Positions 1 through 5,951 of a DNA stretch of 32,000 nucleotides are shown here, in pieces (within the stretch, counting starts at the first letter, position 1; every line of letters begins with the position of its first letter). A model generated the notes under the pieces. It saw only the letters and a program-made list of their open reading frames with translations. It did no database searches and had not been told where the DNA came from. The translations under genes were made by a program, and so were the position numbers. The stretch spans positions 1 through 32,000 of IMG/VR virus record IMGVR_UViG_3300029874_000018. One strand, 5' to 3'. The DNA comes from a virus.

Positions 1-477
1 GACGGCAAGGATGACAACAAGGGCGATGACAAGGGCGATGTCACCAACCCCGACGATAAGGGCGACAACAAGGGCGACAATACCGGCGACAGCGGCACTA
101 CCACCACTACTCCGACCGCTCCTCGCAAGAACGTTGAGGTTTCTGAGCACGGTGAAATTGCCGCCGCTATTGCCAATGGCACCTGGGGCAATGAGTACAC
201 CGTCTGCACCAGCTGTGGCTATCACAACTGGACCCGCAAGGGTAACGTTTACGTCTGTGACCATTGTGGTCATGAAGTCCTGACTGTTAAGGGCGCTGAT
301 GGCGTCAAGGGCTATGCTGGCACTCTGGCTGGCAACGAGCCCCAGTACGCTTCTACCTCTGAAGCTCAGGCTGCTGCTGAAAAGCGTGAAGCCGCTTATG
401 CCGCTTCCATCGCTGCTCTGCAGGCACAGGTTGCCGCTCGTGAAGCTGCTTATGCCGCTTCCCTGGGCATCCACTAA
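1..477 (+). CDS. C-terminal part of an Asp/Lys/Gly-rich linker protein with a CxxC...CxxC zinc ribbon and an alanine-rich repeat tail (partial at window edge)
   Basis: Frame 1 is open from base 1 to TAA at 475-477: DGKDDNKGDDKGDVTNPDDKGDNKGD...YTVCTSCGYHNWTRKGNVYVCDHCGHEVLTVKG...EKREAAYAASIAALQAQVAAREAAYAASLGIH*. The ORF track lists only other-frame ORFs here. Confidence 0.8.
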   Translation, partial: DGKDDNKGDDKGDVTNPDDKGDNKGDNTGDSGTTTTTPTAPRKNVEVSEHGEIAAAIANGTWGNEYTVCTSCGYHNWTRKGNVYVCDHCGHEVLTVKGADGVKGYAGTLAGNEPQYASTSEAQAAAEKREAAYAASIAALQAQVAAREAAYAASLGIH

Positions 478-526
478 TTTGCCATCCTCTAACTAACGGT
501 AATCGATAGTTTTTTCTCCTTGCTGT

Positions 527-556
527 GGGGCGGGATTTCGGTCCCGCCCCATCCTT
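527..556 (+). terminator. intrinsic terminator
   Basis: GGGGCGGGA-TTTCGG-TCCCGCCCC followed by atcctttt. Confidence 0.7.
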
Positions 557-560
557 TTGT

Positions 561-649
561 GGTCAGATGTCCGAGTAGTTTAAGGAACTGGTCTTGAAAA
601 CCAGCGACGCCGCAAACGTCCGTGGGTTCGAATCCCACTCTGGCCGCCA
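561..649 (+). tRNA. tRNA-Ser(TGA)
   Basis: Acceptor GGTCAGA/TCTGGCC, anticodon stem CTGGT/ACCAG with loop CTTGAAA, long variable arm, GTTCGAATC T-loop, encoded CCA. Confidence 0.93.
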
Positions 650-654
650 TGTTT

Positions 655-677
655 GCCGGGGCTTCCCGGCTTTTTTG
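655..677 (+). terminator. intrinsic terminator after tRNA-Ser
   Basis: GCCGGG-GCTT-CCCGGC-TTTTTT. Confidence 0.8.
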
Positions 678-858
678 TTTTTGTGAGCAACACAAGGCAA
701 CAGATTGCTATATCCAATAGGGTTATAATTGAGAGCCAGAAAACCTGCAGGCTTGCCTGTGGGATGAATGGCTCTTTTTGATTTTTTGTAAAATATTCGT
801 TGAGCAGTTTGACTGACGGCACAGAATACATACATAATATATGTATGAGGTGATATAG

Positions 859-1608
859 TTGGCAAAAAAATCAAGCGTACAAGTGAACATTACGATTCCT
901 TTAGAGTGGAAGCAGTCTGACATTGAGATGGTTGCCAAAGCCAGAGCTTGGGCTGTTAAGGCTCATGCCGGGCAAAAAGACAAGGCGGGGAAGGACTACT
1001 TCAAAGCGCACGTTACGGTTGTAGCAGAAGGCGTAAAAGGTGACCCAATAGCCGAGGCTGTGGCATTTCTGCATGATACGGTCGAAGATACGTCCGTCAC
1101 AATAGAAGACATCAGAACGGGGTTTCCAAAAGAGGTTGCTGACGCTGTGAGTGCGTTGACCCATAGCAAGGGTATATCGTATGCTGAATATCTTTGGCAT
1201 ATTCAGCAAAATTCTATTGCTGCCAAAGTAAAGCTCTCGGACCTGCGCAGCAATATGGACTTAACCAGGCTCCCTCACACTCCAACTGAAAGGGACTTGG
1301 AAAGAACCAGAAAATACAAGCGGGCATATACGATACTGTCATCGAGCGAAGGTATAAGCGCAGTTAATCCGTATGCACTGTACGACTACTTGCTGGCAAA
1401 CAACTGGAGCGTCAAAAGGAAAAGCACGAGGACTCCCGTTCTGGAAACAACGAATGGCTCTGCTGAAATCAAGGTGCCCATCGACCTGGCTTTGGCTGAC
1501 TATGAGTCCCGGATGGCTGAGGCTTTAAGCGAGTTGTGTTCGTGTGAGGGCATACCGTTCTCGAATGCAATAGCGCGGATTGCTGCTTGGAGACCGGTCA
1601 AACAATGA
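859..1608 (+). CDS. RelA/SpoT-type HD-domain hydrolase (MESH1-like small alarmone hydrolase family)
   Basis: TTG start after an AGGTGATATA-type SD. Protein contains VAKARAWAVKAHAGQKDKAGKDY, the HDxxED motif (FLHDTVEDT) and KLSDLRSNMDLTRLP. Confidence 0.75.
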   Translation: MAKKSSVQVNITIPLEWKQSDIEMVAKARAWAVKAHAGQKDKAGKDYFKAHVTVVAEGVKGDPIAEAVAFLHDTVEDTSVTIEDIRTGFPKEVADAVSALTHSKGISYAEYLWHIQQNSIAAKVKLSDLRSNMDLTRLPHTPTERDLERTRKYKRAYTILSSSEGISAVNPYALYDYLLANNWSVKRKSTRTPVLETTNGSAEIKVPIDLALADYESRMAEALSELCSCEGIPFSNAIARIAAWRPVKQ

Positions 1609-1640
1609 GCGCGGGCCTGCCATTATTTTTACGAAAAGCC

Positions 1641-1670
1641 TTGACTTTGGCTTTTACATATTGTATAATT
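1641..1670 (+). promoter_or_regulatory. sigma70-like promoter
   Basis: TTGACT-17 nt-TATAAT (ttgactttggcttttacatattgtataat). Confidence 0.55.
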
Positions 1671-1705
1671 GAGACACTGAATTTTGATGAAAGGAAAATT
1701 GCACG

Positions 1706-1825
1706 ATGTTTGCTGCTATGATGAACAAACAGAATAAATTGCAAAAGCTGTGGAGCAATTGGAATCTCTTCGGCTGTTTTGTGTTGTCTGTTTGTGCAAA
1801 TCATAGTGCAGTGATGGTTGAATAA
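1706..1825 (+). CDS. possible 39-aa small protein
   Basis: ATG after gaaaggaaaattgcacg; MFAAMMNKQNKLQKLWSNWNLFGCFVLSVCANHSAVMVE*; downstream of the TTGACT/TATAAT promoter. Confidence 0.35.
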   Translation: MFAAMMNKQNKLQKLWSNWNLFGCFVLSVCANHSAVMVE

Positions 1826-1869
1826 AATCATCCAAGTATCGGTTGTTTTCCATACTCTGCACGATATGA

Positions 1870-1908
1870 GCACCTGTCAGACGCACAACGCCTGATGGGT
1901 GCTTTTTT
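1870..1908 (+). terminator. intrinsic terminator
   Basis: GCACC...TCAG...CTGA...GGGTGC-TTTTTT. Confidence 0.65.
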
Positions 1909-2002
1909 GATGCAGAAAATCAGAATCAGGTCACTCTAATGCCGCTGGAGTGAATTCCAGCCAGGCTTATTAAAGTGTATGCTATTATACATAATGTATA
2001 TT

Positions 2003-2076
2003 CGAGGATTCGCCAAACGGTAAGGCATCAGGCTTTGACCCTGACAACGGTTGTTCGACTCGACCATTCTCGGCCA
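2003..2076 (+). tRNA. tRNA-Gln(TTG)
   Basis: Acceptor CGAGGAT/ATTCTCG, anticodon stem TCAGG/CCTGA with loop CTTTGAC, T-arm GGTTG-TTCGACT-CGACC, encoded CCA. Confidence 0.85.
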
Positions 2077-2156
2077 ACGCTCACTTTCATGCGCATCGGA
2101 AGTGAGATTCCTCAAAGCTGTGTTCCCATAAGCAAGGCACGGAAGATGCGCGACAA

Positions 2157-2232
2157 GTGCTCGTAACTCAATCGGTAGAGTACCCGACTTTTAATCGGGG
2201 TGTTCGGGATTCGATTTCCCGCGAGCGCACCA
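2157..2232 (+). tRNA. tRNA-Lys(TTT)
   Basis: Acceptor GTGCTCG/CGAGCGC, anticodon stem CCCGA/TCGGG with loop CTTTTAA, CCA. Confidence 0.92.
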
Positions 2233-2263
2233 TGCCCGGCAGAGCATTATCTGCCACTTTTGT

Positions 2264-2339
2264 GGGTGTATAGCTCAGTAGGCAGAGCGGCGGACCGTTA
2301 ATCCGTTTGTCGCAGGTTCAAATCCTGCTACGCCCGCCA
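2264..2339 (+). tRNA. tRNA-Asn(GTT), copy 1
   Basis: Acceptor GGGTGTA/TACGCCC, loop CCGTTAA (C at position 33), CCA. Confidence 0.9.
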
Positions 2340-2342
2340 TAA

Positions 2343-2420
2343 GCTCCTCTGGTGAAATTGGCAGACACAGTGCGCTCAAACCGCACCGTTTTGAGGGTTC
2401 GAATCCCTCGGGGAGTACCA
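2343..2420 (+). tRNA. tRNA-Leu(CAA) with a short variable loop
   Basis: Acceptor GCTCCTC/GGGGAGT, anticodon stem GTGCG/CGCAC with loop CTCAAAC, variable loop only about 6 nt, T stem GAGGG/CCCTC, CCA. Confidence 0.85.
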
Positions 2421-2490
2421 TGTCAGGCAGTACAACAACTGCCATTTATTGAATTCTCGATAAAAACACGAGAGGAGTATTTCCAGAACG

Positions 2491-2694
2491 ATGAAAAAGA
2501 ACAATATCAAAAAAATATCTCGAGGTATTTATGAATATTGTGGCTATCGTCTATCAAATTGCGGATATCATGAACCTGACCGTTGTGTATGGTGGGAGGC
2601 TGTTAATTTGGAAACTGGCTGTGCAGACTTTCATGAACATACAAAAAGAGAATTGATTGCAACAATCAATAAAGAATTAGATGTGGGTTGTTAG
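2491..2694 (+). CDS. hypothetical protein; stop codon lies inside the tRNA-Asn copy 2 gene
   Basis: 67-aa protein (…YRLSNCGYHEPDRCVWWEAVNLETGCADFHEHTKRELIATINKELDVGC*) that looks protein-like, but its TAG stop (2692-2694) is in the tRNA. Confidence 0.5.
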   Translation: MKKNNIKKISRGIYEYCGYRLSNCGYHEPDRCVWWEAVNLETGCADFHEHTKRELIATINKELDVGC

Positions 2695-2760
2695 CTCAGC
2701 TGGTAGAGCAACGGACCGTTAATCCGTGGGCCGCAGGTTCAAATCCTGCACAACCCGCCA
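2685..2760 (+). tRNA. tRNA-Asn(GTT), copy 2
   Basis: Acceptor GGGTTGT/ACAACCC, anticodon stem ACGGA/TCCGT with loop CCGTTAA, CCA. Confidence 0.92.
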
Positions 2761-2763
2761 TAT

Positions 2764-2838
2764 GCTCCAGTGGCGAAACTGGCAAACGCGGCGGCTTTAA
2801 GTCCCGTTTTACTCTGGGTTCGACTCCCAGCTGGAGTA
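2764..2838 (+). tRNA. tRNA-Leu, probable anticodon TAA; short variable loop, CCA not encoded
   Basis: Acceptor GCTCCAG/CTGGAGT, Leu-like D arm GTGGCGAAACTGGCAAACGC, imperfect anticodon arm GCGGC-TTTAAGT-CCCGT (C-C at 31-39), T arm CTGGG-TTCGACT-CCCAG. Confidence 0.75.
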
Positions 2839-2845
2839 TCTATAT

Positions 2846-2921
2846 AGGGGTGTAGCTCAAGTGGTAGAGCAGCGGTCTCCAAAACCGCTTGTTGCATGTT
2901 CGAGTCGTGTTACCCCTGCCA
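2846..2921 (+). tRNA. tRNA-Trp(CCA)
   Basis: Acceptor AGGGGTG/TACCCCT, anticodon stem GCGGT/ACCGC with loop CTCCAAA, CCA. Confidence 0.9.
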
Positions 2922-2930
2922 CAATAAGAA

Positions 2931-2962
2931 AAGCCGTCCTCACATAAGAGGCGGCTTTTTGT
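2931..2962 (+). terminator. intrinsic terminator
   Basis: AAGCCG...CGGCTTTTTG. Confidence 0.7.
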
Positions 2963-3065
2963 TTTGGAGAGTATACAGACCAAAAAACTAAACCACAAGT
3001 TGATTGCAGATGTGCAAAAACATGGTATAATAATATCAGAACGAAACGAAAGGAGATACCCCAAA

Positions 3066-3206
3066 ATGCTGTGCAACACTGTTAATGTCATGTCGTATGA
3101 GTATAGTTACGAATATTCTGAGTTCATGTCCTTTGAACGCAGTTTTATTTCTCATACTCCTCGACAGGCAAAAACAGACCATGTACAGATGCGGTGCGTC
3201 TTCTAA
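3066..3206 (+). CDS. possible 46-aa small protein
   Basis: aaggagatacccc SD-like sequence before ATG; ggtataat box just upstream; followed by a terminator-like hairpin near 3224-3262. Confidence 0.3.
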   Translation: MLCNTVNVMSYEYSYEYSEFMSFERSFISHTPRQAKTDHVQMRCVF

Positions 3207-3291
3207 GCGATAACTGCATGTCATAGCTGCTTGTCGAGATTTCGGCAGGCAGCTTTTTTGTTGCCTGCAATACAGAAAGGCAGCAAGAAAA

Positions 3292-3513
3292 ATGAACGTT
3301 CCTACTATTGATATCCAGCAGACAGGTGCCAATATCAAGGCCCTGCGAAAGGCAGCAGGCATAAAGGTGAAGGATGTGGCAGACATGCTCGGTGTGTCTC
3401 CGCAGGCGGTTGCTAAATGGCAAGCCGGAACAGCGCTTCCCACCATCGATAACCTTGTGATATTAGCAGCAATGCTCGATACGAAAATTGATGACATCCT
3501 TGTCATCGCATAA
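3292..3513 (+). CDS. XRE-family helix-turn-helix protein
   Basis: GANIKALRKAAGIKVKDVADMLGVSPQAVAKWQAGTALPTIDNLVILAAMLDTKIDDIL. Confidence 0.85.
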   Translation: MNVPTIDIQQTGANIKALRKAAGIKVKDVADMLGVSPQAVAKWQAGTALPTIDNLVILAAMLDTKIDDILVIA

Positions 3514-3542
3514 ACCCTCGCCGCAGGATTGCGGCTATATAT

Positions 3543-3622
3543 GGCCCGTTGGACGAATTGGTAGAGTTGCCGCCCTTTCACGGCGGAGGTTATTGTGGGT
3601 TCGAAACCCACACGGGTCACCA
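3543..3622 (+). tRNA. tRNA-Glu(TTC)
   Basis: Acceptor GGCCCGT/ACGGGTC, anticodon stem CCGCC/GGCGG with loop CTTTCAC, CCA. Confidence 0.88.
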
Positions 3623-3623
3623 T

Positions 3624-3699
3624 GCTTCTGTAGCTCAGTTGGTAGAGCAGCGGTCTGAAGAACCGCGTGTCGCTGGTTCGATTCCAGTCGGGAGCACCA
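3624..3699 (+). tRNA. tRNA-Phe(GAA)
   Basis: Anticodon stem GCGGT/ACCGC with loop CTGAAGA, CCA. Confidence 0.92.
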
Positions 3700-3702
3700 T
3701 AT

Positions 3703-3787
3703 GTGTCGGTATGCAAGAGGTTAAAGCAAACGGTCTGTAAAACCGCTCCGTTACGGTTCACTGGTTCGAATCCAGTCCGACACACCA
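3703..3787 (+). tRNA. tRNA-Tyr(GTA)
   Basis: Acceptor GTGTCGG/CCGACAC, loop CTGTAAA, long variable arm, CCA. Confidence 0.88.
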
Positions 3788-3790
3788 TAA

Positions 3791-3864
3791 GGCCCCTTCG
3801 ACAAGTTTGTCCAAGTCGCCAGCCTCTCAAGCTGGAGTCGGCAGTTCGAGTCTGCCAGGGGTCA
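3791..3864 (+). tRNA. tRNA-Arg(TCT)
   Basis: Acceptor GGCCCCT/AGGGGTC, anticodon stem CCAGC/GCTGG with loop CTCTCAA; CCA not encoded. Confidence 0.82.
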
Positions 3865-3900
3865 TACAAGCACCTATGTTATGTCAAAAAGGTGCATTAT

Positions 3901-3990
3901 GCAGAGGTCGCCTAACGGTAGGGCAGCAGCTTGCTAAGCTGCCGTCGCGGAAATCGCGGCATGTGAGTTCGAATCTCACCCTCTGCGCCA
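3901..3990 (+). tRNA. tRNA-Ser(GCT)
   Basis: Acceptor GCAGAGG/CCTCTGC, anticodon stem GCAGC/GCTGC with loop TTGCTAA, long variable arm, CCA. Confidence 0.9.
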
Positions 3991-3993
3991 TCT

Positions 3994-4081
3994 GCTTGCT
4001 TGTTCGAGTGGTTGATGAAATCGGTCCAGAAAACCGACGATGGGAGACTGTCCGAAGGTTCGAATCCTTCAGCAAGCGCCA
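3994..4081 (+). tRNA. tRNA-Ser(AGA), atypical C33
   Basis: Acceptor GCTTGCT/AGCAAGC, anticodon stem TCGGT/ACCGA with loop CCAGAAA, T arm GAAGG/CCTTC, discriminator G, CCA. Confidence 0.8.
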
Positions 4082-4440
4082 CTGCCCTCATTCTGTGCGG
4101 TATCCGTGCAGGTGAGGGCTTTTTCTTTTGCTTTTCGCTTCGAATTTCGGACTCGAATGGCGTTAATGGTCGGATATTCTTGATTATACATGCCTTTGCT
4201 GTATGGCAAATAGCTCCAAACAGTATTGGTTTTTACACCCAATTCTTCTGCAATTTCAGGAACTGACATACCGTTCGCACGCAGCTTCCCGATTTTTTCT
4301 GATGTTTCATCTGACCAGGCCCCGGCCGTAATCAGTATTTTGCGCACTTTCTGCAATGAAATGCCTGCACGTTTGGCAATGGTTCTTCTAGGTATACCTT
4401 GCTCATGGAGCCGGAGAACCGTCTGCATTGTCGCGTCCAT
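4069..4440 (-). CDS. small helix-turn-helix DNA-binding protein
   Basis: TMQTVLRLHEQGIPRRTIAKRAGISLQKVRKILITAGAWSDETSEKIGKLRANGMSVPEIAEELGVKTNTVWSYLPYSKGMYN: two HTH-like segments. TGA stop overlaps the 3' end of tRNA-Ser(AGA). Confidence 0.7.
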   Translation of the reverse strand: MDATMQTVLRLHEQGIPRRTIAKRAGISLQKVRKILITAGAWSDETSEKIGKLRANGMSVPEIAEELGVKTNTVWSYLPYSKGMYNQEYPTINAIRVRNSKRKAKEKALTCTDTAQNEGSGAC

Positions 4441-4582
4441 CTTATCAGTACCTCGCCGTTATCGATTTTTGTATTGCCCTAATTGTCGTACTTTAATCAT
4501 ACAGCAAAGCAACAAAATTGTCCAGGAAGCAAAAGTGCCTTCATTTGCCACTAATTCATCTATGAAATTTGAAGGCAGAGTA

Positions 4583-4613
4583 CCCCGTCTATAGCCGTTG
4601 GGCTTAGGCGGGG
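4583..4613 (-). repeat. dispersed hairpin copy 1 (CCGCCTAA...TATAGACGG type, minus orientation)
   Basis: Reverse complement: CCCCG-CCTA-AGCC-CAAC-GGCT-ATAGA-CGGGG. Confidence 0.7.
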
Positions 4614-4668
4614 GAGAATGTCAATTGCAAAAGAATGTGTATAAACTGTTACCATTTAACGCTTTCCG

Positions 4669-4697
4669 TTGTGAGAAATTGCGAATCGCGGTATAAT
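4669..4697 (+). promoter_or_regulatory. tripartite phage promoter, copy 1
   Basis: TTGTGA-N4-TTGCGA-N7-TATAAT. Confidence 0.7.
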
Positions 4698-4729
4698 GAA
4701 AGGGTAAAAAGTGAAAGGATTTTTGCCGT

Positions 4730-5401
4730 ATGTACATTGATTTCACGAGCAAGCAGTACTTCTTCATTCTGCACGCTCTTGCTGTTATGATAACGTTTTA
4801 TAGCAACGATTTTTCCTCTATCTGCAAAGAGGTTGGAGAGGCTTATGGAACAAGCGAAGCAGACATTGCAAGTGCTTGCGCTGCTCTGACAGCTGTGAAC
4901 GTAACGGCACCTGTCAAAAGTTTATCTAACAAGTGCAGCGACATTCTGGAAGATATACTGCATCATGCACGAGAACTGCCGGGAAAGGACGCTCCATATA
5001 AATACAGTGTTAGCTTAGATGTCTCTTCCTGGAAAGTAGTTGCTGATGCACTGGATACATACTCACGTATTTTGATGGGGCAATTTGGCGTCATTTATGA
5101 AGCCCTCGATATTTCTGGTAACGATGAGCAGCACTTCCAGGCGTATCATGATGCACGCTGGAATGGGGTGGGGGTCCTAGAAGCCCGTGACCTTCTGATT
5201 CCACAGCTCAAAAAGATAAGGCTTGGTTGGAATGGGAACTTTGGTATTTCAAATTCAGGACTTGCCTACAACAGCAAACTGGCATACGAGATTCTTAAAA
5301 CCATTCGATATGCGACAGAGAAACGAGATAGCTCCGTTCTGAAAGTGACAAACGAGCCGCTGCCGCGTGCTGAAGGTTCTTTCCCAATTAGAGCACTGTA
5401 A
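4730..5401 (+). CDS. hypothetical protein
   Basis: Long ORF with SD-like sequence, downstream of promoter copy 1. Confidence 0.75.
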   Translation: MYIDFTSKQYFFILHALAVMITFYSNDFSSICKEVGEAYGTSEADIASACAALTAVNVTAPVKSLSNKCSDILEDILHHARELPGKDAPYKYSVSLDVSSWKVVADALDTYSRILMGQFGVIYEALDISGNDEQHFQAYHDARWNGVGVLEARDLLIPQLKKIRLGWNGNFGISNSGLAYNSKLAYEILKTIRYATEKRDSSVLKVTNEPLPRAEGSFPIRAL

Positions 5402-5406
5402 TTAGA

Positions 5407-5634
5407 TTGGAGGCTTCCAGGGTGGGCGACCACATCATTTCTTTCTTAGACATCTGCGCCATGCGCGGTCAGTTGGTTTTGGCAAAAGCACCGTCCATTC
5501 CGGCTATCGATAATAAAACCGTGTATTGTACCGGAGCTCACAAGCGAGGAGCGGACCGCTGCATTGTCCTTGACGGCGAGGAGTACAGCCAGATTCTTTT
5601 TGTTAACGGAACAATAAAACTGTATTGGCAGTGA
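5407..5634 (+). CDS. hypothetical small protein
   Basis: ORF ending in TGA immediately before the putative omegaRNA. Confidence 0.4.
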   Translation: MEASRVGDHIISFLDICAMRGQLVLAKAPSIPAIDNKTVYCTGAHKRGADRCIVLDGEEYSQILFVNGTIKLYWQ

Positions 5635-5640
5635 GGTATC

Positions 5641-5951
5641 ATTGTCAACAACCCCGCCTAAACCGGCTCGCCGGTTATAGACGGGGCTTGCGGGGCAACC
5701 CGTAAGCCCGGTTGATTAGCCTAAGTCTGCTGCTCCGGCGGCAGGAAACTACGTTGTGTACTAATAATATAGGCACCTTACTCATGCTCCACAAGTGGTG
5801 AGCTCTGCGGATGTTTGTTAAAAATCTCTGAGGGTAGGAGACGTGCAAACATCATACCGAAAGGTAAAACAGTACAACAACATTGGCGATGTGGACCACG
5901 GGGCGCAAGCCCTGACTTATCGATTCATTATTTACGAAAGGAGTACCTTGC
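5641..5951 (+). ncRNA. putative omegaRNA of the adjacent iscB
   Basis: No plausible ORF; highly structured: CCCCG/CGGGG plus AACCGGC/GCCGGTT hairpin, CGGG-GCAA-CCCG, CTGCTG/CGGCAG, CTCA..CCAC/GTGG..TGAG, GATGTTTG/CAAACATC, ACC-GAAA-GGT, GGGC-GCAA-GCCC. Position directly 5' of iscB is canonical. Confidence 0.65.
5652..5686 (+). repeat. dispersed hairpin copy 2 (in the putative omegaRNA)
   Basis: CCCCGCCTAAACCGGCTCGCCGGTTATAGACGGGG. Confidence 0.75.

Noticed and set aside
11-283. MTTRAMTRAMSPTPT... ORF and 299-496 ORF
   Set aside because: Out-of-frame readings of the repetitive DNKGD/EAAYAAS coding region; frame 1 is open across the whole stretch.
489-874. Overlapping ORFs on both strands (489-695, 563-874, 580-831)
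   Set aside because: They cover the tRNA-Ser gene and terminators; peptides such as GHGGQSGIRTHG are translated tRNA.
2764-2838. Possible ochre-suppressor reading (anticodon TTA) of this tRNA
   Set aside because: Requires a worse anticodon stem; the Leu-type D arm and the GCGGC-TTTAAGT-CCCGT register favour anticodon TAA. No clear suppressor tRNA with anticodon CTA was found in this window either.
3036-3869. 277-aa minus-strand ORF and similar ORFs (2840-3091 -, 3667-3915 +, 3807-4115 +)
   Set aside because: They read through multiple tRNA genes (TGFEPVNRNG-like peptides are translated tRNA T-arms).
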